From Spirochaetia bacterium (GTDB lineage: Bacteria; Spirochaetota; Spirochaetia; SZUA-6; Bin103), in contig OZ241863.1 in assembly GCA_965203055.1 (NCBI GenBank), positions 2,080,001-2,144,000 of the forward strand: 64,000 nt of DNA, written 5' to 3'. Position 1 is the stretch's first letter, and every line of letters starts with the position of its first letter. Below, piece by piece: positions 51,298-61,245 of this stretch. A model generated the notes under the pieces. That model ran no database searches, was not told the origin of the DNA, and was given only the letters and a program-made list of their open reading frames with translations. A program made the translations under genes and the position numbers.

Positions 51298-52311
51298 ATG
51301 AGAACCCGCATCTACGTCAGCCGCCAACTCCACAACCCGGAGTTCGCCTCGCCGGCGCGCCGCGCCGGACTGGAACGACTGGCGGCGCTGGCCGCGGTGG
51401 AGGAGCAGCCGGCGGAGCTCACCGCCGCCAACGCGGCCGGCGTGGTCGCCGTAATTGCCGATTCGGCGCCGTTTCGGGACAGCTTCTACGCTGCCGCCGA
51501 GGAGCTGCGCCTGGTCGCGCGCTGGGGCGTCGGCTTCGATCAGGTCAACGTCGCCGCCGCCACCCGGCACGGCGTGCTGATCACCATCACGCCGGTGCAC
51601 ATGGATACGGTGGCGGAGTACACCATCGCGCAGTGGCTGGCCGCCATGAAGCGCACCTGGACCCTGAACCGCAATGCCCACCGCGGCGCCGCGCAGGTGC
51701 TGCGCTGCTACGACGCGCAGGGCTCGACCCTTGGCCTGTACGGCTTCGGCCGGATCGGCCAGGAGGTGGCGCGGCGGGCGCGGCCGCTGCTGGGCGCCGC
51801 GGGCCGGCTGCTGGTGTACGACATCCGCCCCGACGCCGGCGAGCTGGCGGCGCGGTTCGGCGCCGCCGCGGTAGCGGCGCCCGAGGAGTTGTTCCGGCAG
51901 TGCGACACCGTCTCGCTGCACCTCTCCGGCGACGCCACCGTCGTGGGCCGGGAACAACTGGCGCTGATGCAGCCGCACGCGTCGCTGATCAACCCGTCGC
52001 GCGGCAACCTGGTGGATGACGCGGCGGTGCGCGCCGCGCTCGAGGAGCAGCAGTTGTACTGCTACGTGGTGGACGATCCGCTGACCGGGCCGCGCGCCAT
52101 CCATCGCGCTCATCCGCGCGTCATCGCCACCAACCACAGCGCCGGCATCACCGTCGAGTCGTCGGCGCGGCTCGACGCGGCAACGTTCGAACAGGTGACC
52201 GCGGCGGTCGCCGGGCGCCGGCCGGCGCACGTGCTCAACCCGGAAGCGCTGGACCATCCCCGCGTGCGAAGCTGGCTCACAAATCACGAAAATCACGAGG
52301 AACCATCATGA
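51298..52311 (+). CDS. D-isomer-specific 2-hydroxyacid dehydrogenase
   Basis: ARWGVGFDQV, GLYGFGRIG, LINPSRG, TNHSAG. Confidence 0.88.
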   Translation: MRTRIYVSRQLHNPEFASPARRAGLERLAALAAVEEQPAELTAANAAGVVAVIADSAPFRDSFYAAAEELRLVARWGVGFDQVNVAAATRHGVLITITPVHMDTVAEYTIAQWLAAMKRTWTLNRNAHRGAAQVLRCYDAQGSTLGLYGFGRIGQEVARRARPLLGAAGRLLVYDIRPDAGELAARFGAAAVAAPEELFRQCDTVSLHLSGDATVVGREQLALMQPHASLINPSRGNLVDDAAVRAALEEQQLYCYVVDDPLTGPRAIHRAHPRVIATNHSAGITVESSARLDAATFEQVTAAVAGRRPAHVLNPEALDHPRVRSWLTNHENHEEPS

Positions 52312-53606
52312 CCACCATTACCGGCCTGGAAGTGCGCGATGTCCGCTTCCCCACCTCCGCCACCCTGGACGGTTCGGATGCCGTGCACACCGATCCCGAC
52401 TACTCGGCCGCCTACGTCATTCTGCGCACCGATCAGAGCGGACTGGAGGGCCACGGCATCACCTTCACGCTCGGCCGCGGCACCGAGATCTGCGTCGCCG
52501 CCGCGCACGCCCTGCAGCACCTCGTGGTCGGGCGCACGCTGCAGGAGATCGGCGCCGACCTGCGCGGCTTCTGGCGCAGCCTGACCAACGACAGCCAGCT
52601 TCGCTGGATCGGACCGGAGAAGGGCGCGATTCACCTAGCCACCGCGGCGATCGTCAACGCGGTGTGGGACCTGTATGCCAAGCACGAGGGCAAGCCGCTG
52701 TGGCGGCTGCTGTCCGACATGCCCCCGGAGCAACTGGTGGCCGCGGTCGACTTCCGCTACCTCAGCGACGCGCTCACCGCGGAGGAAGCGCTGGCGCTGC
52801 TGCGCGAACACGCGCCCGGCAAGGCGCAGCGCACCGCGGAGCTGCGCCGCGGCGGGCTGCCGAGCTACACCTCGTCCGCCGGCTGGTTGGGCTACGACGA
52901 AAGCAAGGTGCAGGCGTTGTGCCGGCAATACCACGCGGCCGGCTGGCGCGCGTTCAAGATGAAGGTAGGATCGGACGACGCCCAAAACGTGCGCCGCGCC
53001 GCGGTGATGCGCGAAGCGCTCGGCCCCGACTGCCACCTGATGTTCGACGCCAATCAGGTGTGGGACGTCCCGGAGGCGATCGCCCGCATGGCGCCGCTGG
53101 CGCAGTTCGATCCGCTGTGGATCGAGGAGCCGACCTTTCCCGACGACGCGCTGGGCCATGGCGCCATTGCCAAGGCAATTGCCCCGATCGGCGTGGCGAC
53201 CGGCGAGCACTGCGCCAACCGGGTGCTGTTCAAGCAACTGATGCAGGCCGGGGGCATGGCGTTCTGCCAGGTGGATGCCTGCCGCCTCGGCGGCGTGAAC
53301 GAAGTACTGGCGGTGTTGCTGCTGGCCGCCAAGTTCGGCATCCCGGTCTGCCCCCACGCCGGCGGCGTCGGCCTCTGCGAGTACGTCCAACACCTGTCGG
53401 CGTTCAACTACGTCGCGGTGGCGCCGAGCCTGGACGGGGTGCTGATCGAGTACTCCGATCACCTGCACGAGCACTTCGTCGACCCGGTGGTGATGCGCGG
53501 CGCGCGCTACCAACTGCCGGAGGCGCCGGGCTACAGCATTACCATGCGGCCGGCCTCGCTGGAGCGCTACGAATTCCCGAACGGGGCGGCTTGGGCCGAC
53601 CGCTGA
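52308..53606 (+). CDS. fucD: L-fuconate dehydratase (enolase superfamily)
   Basis: DVRFPTS..LDGSDA, LRWIGPEKG, FKMKVG, WIEEPT, ATGEH, CPHAGGVGLCE, HLHEHF. Confidence 0.93.
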   Translation: MTTITGLEVRDVRFPTSATLDGSDAVHTDPDYSAAYVILRTDQSGLEGHGITFTLGRGTEICVAAAHALQHLVVGRTLQEIGADLRGFWRSLTNDSQLRWIGPEKGAIHLATAAIVNAVWDLYAKHEGKPLWRLLSDMPPEQLVAAVDFRYLSDALTAEEALALLREHAPGKAQRTAELRRGGLPSYTSSAGWLGYDESKVQALCRQYHAAGWRAFKMKVGSDDAQNVRRAAVMREALGPDCHLMFDANQVWDVPEAIARMAPLAQFDPLWIEEPTFPDDALGHGAIAKAIAPIGVATGEHCANRVLFKQLMQAGGMAFCQVDACRLGGVNEVLAVLLLAAKFGIPVCPHAGGVGLCEYVQHLSAFNYVAVAPSLDGVLIEYSDHLHEHFVDPVVMRGARYQLPEAPGYSITMRPASLERYEFPNGAAWADR

Positions 53607-53631
53607 GCCGCCGCGGCGGCGCCGTGGCCGC

Positions 53632-54381
53632 TCAGTGAGTGAAGATGGAGCCGCGCACGTAGCGCGCCTCGTCGGAGGCCAGGAAGGCGAACACCGGCGC
53701 GATCCCCTCCGGCGGGACGAGCTGCCGCATGGCCTGCTCGTACGCGGCGCGGTCGCCGCCGCGGCGGTACACCTCCCGCAACTGGGCGACCTTCAACGGG
53801 GTGTCGACGGAACCGGGGCAGACGTCGTGCACGCGGATGCCGTGCGGCGCCAGCCGCTGCGCCAGCACCAGGCCCAAGCCATGAGTCGCGCCCTTGCTGG
53901 AGCCGTAGGCGAACGACGAACTGCCGCCGGTCACCCCGGCGCCGGAGCTGCACAGCACGATCACCCCCGAACCGGCCGCAATCATCGGCCCCGCCACCTG
54001 CTTGCTCATCAGGTAGGAGCCCTTGAGATTCACGTCGATCACCTCGTCCCACACCGCCTCCGGGAACTCGGTGAGGTCCACCGCCGCGCCGTGCAGCACC
54101 CCGGCCAGATGGAGCAGCGCGTCGACGCCGCCGCCCAACCAGTCCACCGCGCCGGCAACGCCGGCCGCCACCTGGTCCGCGCGGCGGACGTCCACGCGCC
54201 AGTAGCGGGCGCGCCCGCCGGCGGCGGCGATCGCGGCGACCGTTGCGGCGCCGGCGCGGTCGTTGCGGTCGATGGCCGCCACCGCGGCTCCCTCGGCCGC
54301 CGCCAGCCGGGCGCTGGCCGCCCCGATGCCGGTGGCGGCGCCGGTTACGATGATCCGTTTGCCTGCAAGTCTCACGCCCAT
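53632..54381 (-). CDS. SDR family oxidoreductase
   Basis: TGAATGIG, YGSSKG (YxxxK), CPGSVDT. Confidence 0.93.
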   Translation of the reverse strand: MGVRLAGKRIIVTGAATGIGAASARLAAAEGAAVAAIDRNDRAGAATVAAIAAAGGRARYWRVDVRRADQVAAGVAGAVDWLGGGVDALLHLAGVLHGAAVDLTEFPEAVWDEVIDVNLKGSYLMSKQVAGPMIAAGSGVIVLCSSGAGVTGGSSSFAYGSSKGATHGLGLVLAQRLAPHGIRVHDVCPGSVDTPLKVAQLREVYRRGGDRAAYEQAMRQLVPPEGIAPVFAFLASDEARYVRGSIFTH

Positions 54382-54483
54382 TCACCTACCATACCGGCCG
54401 CGGCGCCGGCTGACCGCGCGCCGCCCCTGATGGCGTGTGCGACCGGTGACCGGCGCCTGCTCACGGGCGCCCGGTTCGGCCCC

Positions 54484-55266
54484 CTACTCCACGGCCGCCA
54501 ATTGGCGGCGCAGCTCGGCCACTCCGGGCGGAGCTTCGGCAAGCTGGTCCCGCCAGCGGCACTCCAGCGAGTAGGCGCCGGCATAGCCGGTCCGGGCCAG
54601 GGCGCGCAGAAAGGGGCGAAAGTCGTCCCCCGCCACACCCGGCGGCGTGCGCTCGGCCACCTCGGCCACGTGCACGTGGCGGATCAGCGTTCCCGCCCGC
54701 TCGATGGCCGCCGGGCTCTCATCCTCGCGCAGCATGTGGTACAGGTCGGCCAGCAGCATCACGTGCGGATGGCCGGCGGCGCGCACCGCCTCGGCGCCCT
54801 CGGTCACGCTGTTGATGATGTTGCACTCGGCCGTATTGAGCGGCTCCACCACGACGGTGACCCCGGCCGCGGCCGCCGGCGGGCCGACCGTTTGCAGCGC
54901 CTCCACGAACTGCTGCTCGGCGCGCCCCCGGTCGAAGCCCTCCTCGACCTGACGGGAGGCGCCGCTGCCGTACACCACGATGCCGATTCCCACCTGCCGC
55001 GCGCGCCGGAACGCCGCCGCCGCATAGCGCCGCAGCCGCTCCGGGTCCACCTCCGGCCCGGTGGAGCGCAGGTCGCCGGGCAGAAACCCGTTGGCGGCCG
55101 CGATCGGCAACGCCGCCAGCGCCGCCGCCGGCGGCGGCGCGAACGCCGCGTCCGGCTGCTCCGGCACCAACAGCCGCTGCACCCCCTCCTCGGCGAAATC
55201 GATCTCCCCGGCTACCGCGCGCAGCTCCGCGTGCGCGCCGCACACTCCCACCCGCGGCTCGCTCAT
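54484..55266 (-). CDS. Sugar phosphate isomerase/epimerase (TIM barrel)
   Basis: VEPLNTAECN, LADLYHM, HVHVAE, SLEC. Confidence 0.88.
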   Translation of the reverse strand: MSEPRVGVCGAHAELRAVAGEIDFAEEGVQRLLVPEQPDAAFAPPPAAALAALPIAAANGFLPGDLRSTGPEVDPERLRRYAAAAFRRARQVGIGIVVYGSGASRQVEEGFDRGRAEQQFVEALQTVGPPAAAAGVTVVVEPLNTAECNIINSVTEGAEAVRAAGHPHVMLLADLYHMLREDESPAAIERAGTLIRHVHVAEVAERTPPGVAGDDFRPFLRALARTGYAGAYSLECRWRDQLAEAPPGVAELRRQLAAVE

Positions 55267-55444
55267 ACGCCTCATACGCCCCCCGGCCCGCGGGCACTGC
55301 GCGGGGCCATACGCCCATTCGGAAACGGATTGACAAACAGTACCATATGCACCTTATTGTAAGGTAACTACTTCCACATGGCCAGCCTAGGTCGGCGCGG
55401 CGTTTGCGCCCTGCGGCGTTCGGCTCAACTCAGGAGGAAATCAG

Positions 55445-55876
55445 ATGCCCTCAGAAACCCCGGAATATATCGTAGAAGGCGAAGTTACCCCGGAAAACAT
55501 CCGGGACCTGTTTTCCAGAGCGTTCTATAGCACGCACGTGGATGATGACGGCGACGTCGTCGTCAACGCAGAGCCGATGTCGGTCTTCATCTCAATCAAC
55601 AGAGACAATAAACTACTCAAATACTCGACGTACTATCAGGTCGATGAGAATGCGCCGCTGGAATCCAAGCATGCATTCGTGAACAAGATGAACGACGACG
55701 TGATATTCTGCCGCTTCTCAATTCCCGAAAACCACGAAGACACATTGGTCACAGATTACTTTCTGCCCTTTGGAGAGAGCATTCCATCCTTTCAAATTGT
55801 ATCGGCCCTTCGCCTGTTCGCATCGGTCGTGGTCAATGCCATCCGTGATTGCGATGACGACGACTTGGTAAAATGA
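55445..55876 (+). CDS. YbjN / type III chaperone-fold protein
   Basis: AGGAGG RBS, acidic 143 aa, VDDDGDVVV...FVNKMN...FCRF; lower GC. Confidence 0.65.
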   Translation: MPSETPEYIVEGEVTPENIRDLFSRAFYSTHVDDDGDVVVNAEPMSVFISINRDNKLLKYSTYYQVDENAPLESKHAFVNKMNDDVIFCRFSIPENHEDTLVTDYFLPFGESIPSFQIVSALRLFASVVVNAIRDCDDDDLVK

Positions 55877-55924
55877 TGCCAGACGGACGGAAGTTGATTT
55901 TCGCGGGAACAACATGGTTGTATC

Positions 55925-56488
55925 GTGTTGCGAGCGTACGGGCCGCAATCCGATAGGGTTGCGACGAGGACTAATCGTTTGAGTGGACACCACCCTTTCT
56001 CGGAACTGACGAAAGACTTTACCGAGGAGCGTTGGCAGCATGTTGCCACGAAGCGTGCTGAACATCCTGCCGATCCGTTTGACGTTCCATCCCGACTGCG
56101 GGAATTCCGAGCGATGGAGGACGGCTGGTACGAAGGGGAAGGCGTGGCTCCGCGTACGGAAGGACTCGATTGGTTTGCAACCGAATTCACCCGTTACTAT
56201 CCCGATGACATTCCGCTGCCATATACCTGTCCCACACCAGAAGGAGGGATAGAAATGGAGTGGTCCATCGGTGATCAATCGGTCATTCTGGAAGTCGATC
56301 TATCTACCCATCAAGGGGACTACCTTTGGTTCGACGATAAATCTGACGTAGAGAATACACGGACTCTTGATCTTGATTCCGTTGATAGTTGGAGGTGGAT
56401 CACTGACAGTATACGTCAGTTGTCCGAGCCGAAGGGAGGCACGCGGAGAACGGCTTGCCGCGGCGGGGAGACAAGCGGCACCTTATAG
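55925..56488 (+). CDS. Hypothetical protein, probably a 5'-truncated fragment
   Basis: DPFDVPSRLREF..MEDGWYEGEG...LPYTCPTPEGGIEMEWS pattern; no good start; low GC. Confidence 0.5.
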   Translation: MLRAYGPQSDRVATRTNRLSGHHPFSELTKDFTEERWQHVATKRAEHPADPFDVPSRLREFRAMEDGWYEGEGVAPRTEGLDWFATEFTRYYPDDIPLPYTCPTPEGGIEMEWSIGDQSVILEVDLSTHQGDYLWFDDKSDVENTRTLDLDSVDSWRWITDSIRQLSEPKGGTRRTACRGGETSGTL

Positions 56489-56490
56489 GT

Positions 56491-57225
56491 ATGGGCGGGA
56501 AGCGTCATTCCAACTTGCCGGGGCGGGCCGGGGTTGCCGTTCTGGCGGTGTTCCTGGCGGTGCTGGCGGGGTGCGATTCCGACAGTTGGCGCCCCATGAC
56601 CCGCGCCCAGCGCGCCGAGCGGCGCCTGGATTACGCCGTGCACGTCGATCAGGGCGATGCCATGGTGACGAGCTTCGAGGCGTTCCTGCGCGATCCGCAG
56701 CCGCCGCCCGATCCCGATCAGCCCATGAACTGGCGCGGATTGCGCCGGCTGCTGCACTCCTGGCGCGCGCCGGACGAGCGCACCACCGATCAGCAGTTCC
56801 GGTTGGCGCTGCAACGCACCGCCGAGTTGGGTACCGAGCTGAACCTGAAGCCGGTGCGCGGCGATCGGTTTCCGGTCCAGGTGCTCTACTTCGATGACGA
56901 GACCTTCCTGCTGCTGGATCGAGTGGAGGAACGGAACCTCCTGTTCCGGTGCCTGCTGGAGGACCGCGAGGTGATCGCCACCGGCACCCGCCACCCCTGG
57001 CATCCGCGCATCAACGGCCCGGGCGGCGCCGAGCTGTCAATCCGGGTGTACGTGTTCTTCGGCTACGACAGCCCCGACCGCAGTACCCGGATGACGGCGC
57101 AGCACCTGGCCGCCTGCATCGGTTCGTTCGCCGACAACTCGCACCGCGTGCGGCGCCGCGTCGGAGACGCCGAGCAACAGCGGGCGCAGCAAGTACACGA
57201 TCTGTTCTTTCAAGTGACCCGTTGA
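56491..57225 (+). CDS. Hypothetical lipoprotein
   Basis: Hydrophobic signal with LAGC lipobox. Confidence 0.6.
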   Translation: MGGKRHSNLPGRAGVAVLAVFLAVLAGCDSDSWRPMTRAQRAERRLDYAVHVDQGDAMVTSFEAFLRDPQPPPDPDQPMNWRGLRRLLHSWRAPDERTTDQQFRLALQRTAELGTELNLKPVRGDRFPVQVLYFDDETFLLLDRVEERNLLFRCLLEDREVIATGTRHPWHPRINGPGGAELSIRVYVFFGYDSPDRSTRMTAQHLAACIGSFADNSHRVRRRVGDAEQQRAQQVHDLFFQVTR

Positions 57226-57243
57226 TTGCGCCGGGCCGCGCCC

Positions 57244-58806
57244 TCAGCGCATGAATTCGGCGATCCGCTCGCCGATGGCCATGCAGGTGTAGTTGGTGTT
57301 GGCCCGCACGCAATCCGGCATGATGGAGGCATCGGCGATCCGCAGGCCCTCCAGGCCGTGCACGTGCCCCTCCTGATCCACCACGCCGGCCGGGTCGTCA
57401 GCGCGGCCCATGCGACAAGTAGACGACACGTGGTGGCTGGTGGCCACTACCCGCGCCAGCCACTCGTCCAGGGCGGCATCGGTGCGCAGCTCCGCGTCGC
57501 CGGGGCTGACGCGCTGCGCCACCAGCGGCTGGAAACTGCGGTGTCGGACCAGGTCAACGGCGATCCGTATCGCCTCCCGCATCCGCTCCCGGTCGCTCGC
57601 CTCGGCGAAGTAGTGATAATCCAGAAGCGGCGGCGCGTCGGGATTCGGGGAACGCAGCTGGATGCTCCCCGCGCCCGCCGCCAGATAGAGCGCCGGCACC
57701 ACGGTGAAGCCGACCGGCTCCGCCGCCGCGCGCCGGTAGTGGCCCTCCGCGGTCGCGAATCCGGTGGGCGCCATGATCATGTCGTTGCGCAGCGCGGAGC
57801 CGGCGGCGGTGTAGCGCAGCCCGACCTGCAGGCGCGGCTCCGTTCCCGACTGCCGGAAGCCGGCTGCCGTGCGCAGCACCACCGCGGCCTGCGGGTGGTC
57901 GCGCAGGTTGGCGCCGACCCCCGGCAGATCATGCGCCACCGGCACGCCGACCTCCCGCAGATGGGCGGCCGGCCCCACCCCGGAACGGAGCAGCAGATGG
58001 GGGGTGCCGATCGCCCCGGCGCACAGCAGCACCTCCGCGCCGTACACCGCCTCGCTACCCTCCCGATCCCGCACCGCGACGCCCACCGCGCGGCGCCCCT
58101 CCAGCAGCAGGCGCTGCGCCTGGGTGTCGGGCCGGATGGTCAGGTTGGGGCGCCTGCGGGCAGGATCCAGGTAGCCCATGGCGGCGCTCCAGCGGATTCC
58201 TCCGGGGTTGTTGAACGGCAACGGGCCGACCCCCGCCGAGTCGGGCGCGTTGTGGTCGCCGCACTCGGCGTAGCCGGCCTCCAGGCAGGCCTCCAGAAAC
58301 GCGCGTTGCTCCGGCTGCAACTCGCCCTCGCGGAAGCGGTGCACCGGGATTGGACCGTCCGTCCCGTGATAGGGATCGGAAAAGTCGGGATCGGCCTCGA
58401 CGCGCCGCAGGCTGGGCAGCAGCTCGGCGAAGCTCCACCCGGGACACCCGGCAGCGGCCCATCCGTCGTAGTCCTCCGGCACGCCGCGCAGGAAGATCTG
58501 CGCGTTGATGGCGCTGGAGCCGCCCACCACCTTGCCGCGCGGCACGAACATGCGCGGCTGGTGGCGCGTGGCGCGGGCGCGGTAGCCCCAACCGAACGCC
58601 GTATCGTAGCCGAAGGCGCGCGCCCACAGATCGCGGTGGCGGCCATAGCCGTAGCGGATCTCTTCCGGCAACGCGCCGTCAGGAAAGTCAGGGCCGGCCT
58701 CGAGGAGCAGCACGCGGCGCGCCGGATCCTCGGTCAGCCGCGCCGCCAGCACCGCCCCTGCGGCCCCGGCCCCGACGATGATCGTATCGAAGTGCGGCTC
58801 GCCCAT
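57244..58806 (-). CDS. GMC family oxidoreductase (choline dehydrogenase-like)
   Basis: VGAGAAG, GKVVGGSSAINA, GVGANLRDH, HHVSSTCRMG, ADASIMP. Confidence 0.93.
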   Translation of the reverse strand: MGEPHFDTIIVGAGAAGAVLAARLTEDPARRVLLLEAGPDFPDGALPEEIRYGYGRHRDLWARAFGYDTAFGWGYRARATRHQPRMFVPRGKVVGGSSAINAQIFLRGVPEDYDGWAAAGCPGWSFAELLPSLRRVEADPDFSDPYHGTDGPIPVHRFREGELQPEQRAFLEACLEAGYAECGDHNAPDSAGVGPLPFNNPGGIRWSAAMGYLDPARRRPNLTIRPDTQAQRLLLEGRRAVGVAVRDREGSEAVYGAEVLLCAGAIGTPHLLLRSGVGPAAHLREVGVPVAHDLPGVGANLRDHPQAAVVLRTAAGFRQSGTEPRLQVGLRYTAAGSALRNDMIMAPTGFATAEGHYRRAAAEPVGFTVVPALYLAAGAGSIQLRSPNPDAPPLLDYHYFAEASDRERMREAIRIAVDLVRHRSFQPLVAQRVSPGDAELRTDAALDEWLARVVATSHHVSSTCRMGRADDPAGVVDQEGHVHGLEGLRIADASIMPDCVRANTNYTCMAIGERIAEFMR

Positions 58807-58813
58807 CGCGGCG

Positions 58814-58842
58814 AGCATGTGCGCCGGCCGGAACGCTGTCAA
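58814..58842 (-). promoter_or_regulatory. Sigma70-type promoter, probably leaderless, for the GMC gene
   Basis: TTGACA-17 nt-CATGCT, 7 nt before ATG 58806. Confidence 0.55.
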
Positions 58843-58952
58843 CCGCAATCGGTCGGACGGTCGGATCGGACCGCCCGGCGGCCCAGGGGGTTGCGGCGCT
58901 GGCGCACTGGCCGGCAAGGCTGACCGCCTGGCACGGAGCAGGTACTATCGGA

Positions 58953-60044
58953 ATGGTGCGGATTCTGTTTCTGGAGCCGTTCTATGGCGGATCGCACCGC
59001 GAGTTCGCGGACGGGCTGCGGGAACACTCGCGGCATCTGATCGACCTGCAGACCCTGCCGGCGCGGTTGTGGAAGTGGCGGCTGCGCGCCGCCGGGCTGA
59101 CGCTGGCGCAGCGGGTGCGGCAGCCGGAGCGCTACGACCTGGTGGTCGCCACCGGGCTGCTCGATCTGGCGCAGGTGCGGGCGGTGTGGGGCGCGCGCAC
59201 GCCGCCGCTGCTGCTGTACCTGCACGAGAGCCAGATTTCCTATCCGGTTCCGGCCGGCGGAGCGGCGGGCGCCGAGTTGCTGTGGCGCGACGTGACCAAC
59301 GTCTGCGCCGCCGATCGCCTCGTGTTCAACTCGGAGTTCCACCGCGCGGCCTTTCGCGCGCGGCTGCCGGCGGTCATCGAACGGCTCCCCGACGCGCAGG
59401 CGCGGCCGGAGGTGCCGCCGGCTCAGCTGGACGGACGCTCGAGCGTGCTCTATCCCGGCTGCCGGTTCGGCCCCGGCCCGCCGGGGACCCCGCCGCCCGG
59501 GCCGCCGCCCGGGCCGCCGGTCGTGATCTGGAACCACCGCTGGGAGTTCGACAAGGACCCGCAGGCGTTCGTCGCCGCGCTGGCCGAGGTGGCGCGACGC
59601 GGGGTGCCGTTCCGGGTGGCGCTCCTGGGCGAGCGCCTGATTCCGGAACCGGACGCGCTGGTACGGGCGCGCGCGGCGCTGGCCGGCCGCATCGTCCATG
59701 ACGGGTTCCCGGACCGGCCGGAGTACCTGCGGCAACTCGCCGGCGGCAGCGTGGTGGTCTCGACCGCGGTGCAGGAGAACTTCGGGATCGCGGTCATGGA
59801 AGCGGTCCACGCCGGCTGCCTGCCGCTGGCGCCGCGGCGGCTGGTCTACCCGGAACTGATCCCGCCGGAGCTGCATGATCGCTGTCTGTACGAAGACACC
59901 GCCGGCCTGATCGAACGGCTGGCCCGCGAGCTGCAAGCGCCGCCCGCCGAACGCGGCCGCTGGCGCCGGATCGCCGCCCGCTACGCCTGGCCGCGGCTGA
60001 TCGGCGCCTACGACGACCTGTTCGAGACAACGGCGCGCGGCTAG
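58953..60044 (+). CDS. DUF3524-containing GT-B glycosyltransferase (GTDC1/QTMAN-like)
   Basis: LEPFYGGSH, LPARLWKWR, YLHESQ..YP, WNHRWEFDKDP, ENFGIAVMEA. Confidence 0.85.
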   Translation: MVRILFLEPFYGGSHREFADGLREHSRHLIDLQTLPARLWKWRLRAAGLTLAQRVRQPERYDLVVATGLLDLAQVRAVWGARTPPLLLYLHESQISYPVPAGGAAGAELLWRDVTNVCAADRLVFNSEFHRAAFRARLPAVIERLPDAQARPEVPPAQLDGRSSVLYPGCRFGPGPPGTPPPGPPPGPPVVIWNHRWEFDKDPQAFVAALAEVARRGVPFRVALLGERLIPEPDALVRARAALAGRIVHDGFPDRPEYLRQLAGGSVVVSTAVQENFGIAVMEAVHAGCLPLAPRRLVYPELIPPELHDRCLYEDTAGLIERLARELQAPPAERGRWRRIAARYAWPRLIGAYDDLFETTARG

Positions 60045-60130
60045 CGGTATACTTGCCGGCGCCCGGCCCGCCGCGGTGCGGCGGGCTCCCGTCCTCAACC
60101 AAACCAAAGACACGGAGCACCAGCAGATTC

Positions 60131-61225
60131 ATGTCCGACACCTCCGACACCATCAAACTGGCGGTAGTACCCGGCGACGGCACCGGGCCGGAAGTCACCG
60201 CCGAGGCCTGCAAGGTCCTGGAAGCAGTGGCGCCGCTGGAAGGCGTTGCCTGCGAGCGGGTCGAATTCGATTACGGCGGCGACCGCTTTCTGGCCACCGG
60301 CGAGGTGATCAACAAGCGGCAGATCGACGAGCTGCGGCAGTTCGATGCCATCTATCTCGGCGCCATCGGCCACCCCGGGGTGCAGCCGGGGGTCCTCGAA
60401 AAGGGTCTGCTGTTGTCGATCCGGTTCCAGCTCGACCAGTACATCAACCTGCGGCCGGTCAAGCTCTACCCCGGGGTCGACTGTCCGCTCAAGGACAAAG
60501 GCCCGGAGCACATCCGGTTCGACGTGGTGCGCGAGAATACCGAAGACCTGTACTGCGGCGCCGGCGGCTTCCTGCGCAAGGACACGCCGCAGGAGATCGC
60601 CACCCAGGAGATGATCGCCACGCGCTTCGGGGTGGAGCGCTGCCTGCGCTGGGCGTTCGAACACTGCCGGCGCCGCAACGACCGCCGCCGGCTCACCCTG
60701 GTGCACAAGACCAACGTGCTGACCTACGCCGGCGATCTCTGGTACCGCGCCTTCCAGGAGATCGGCGCCGCGGAGTTCCCGGACGTCGAACGCGACTACA
60801 ACCACATCGACGCCGCCTGCATGTGGTTCGTCAAGAATCCCGAATTCTACGACACCATCGTGGTGCCCAACATGTTCGGCGACATCATCACCGACATCGG
60901 CGCCATGATTCAGGGCGGCCTCGGCGTGTCCGCCGGCGGCAACATCAACCCCGACCCGGGCGGCTGCAGCATGTTCGAGTGCATGGGCGGCTCGGCGCCC
61001 AAGTATACCGGCCAGAACGTCATCAACCCGATTGCCGCCATCGCCGCCATGGGGATGCTGCTCACCGTGCTCGGCGATCAGAAGGGACTGCCCAACCTGA
61101 GCCGCGCCGGGCAGCGGGTCGAAGACGCCATCGGCAAGACCACCCCGAAGATGAAGAGCATGTCGGCGGGGCGGATGGGCCATTCGACCAGCGAAGTGGG
61201 CGACCTGGTGGCCGCGGCGCTGTAG
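60131..61225 (+). CDS. leuB: 3-isopropylmalate dehydrogenase
   Basis: PGDGTGPEV, QYINLRP, VRENTE, HKTNVL, NMFGDIITD, GGSAP. Confidence 0.85.
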   Translation: MSDTSDTIKLAVVPGDGTGPEVTAEACKVLEAVAPLEGVACERVEFDYGGDRFLATGEVINKRQIDELRQFDAIYLGAIGHPGVQPGVLEKGLLLSIRFQLDQYINLRPVKLYPGVDCPLKDKGPEHIRFDVVRENTEDLYCGAGGFLRKDTPQEIATQEMIATRFGVERCLRWAFEHCRRRNDRRRLTLVHKTNVLTYAGDLWYRAFQEIGAAEFPDVERDYNHIDAACMWFVKNPEFYDTIVVPNMFGDIITDIGAMIQGGLGVSAGGNINPDPGGCSMFECMGGSAPKYTGQNVINPIAAIAAMGMLLTVLGDQKGLPNLSRAGQRVEDAIGKTTPKMKSMSAGRMGHSTSEVGDLVAAAL

Positions 61226-61245
61226 ACGGCGGGGGTGTTGCCGGC

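Noticed and set aside
60076..61245. 774-aa version of the DNA ligase
   Set aside because: The first ~390 codons are an off-frame shadow of leuB; ligase motifs begin after GTG 61246
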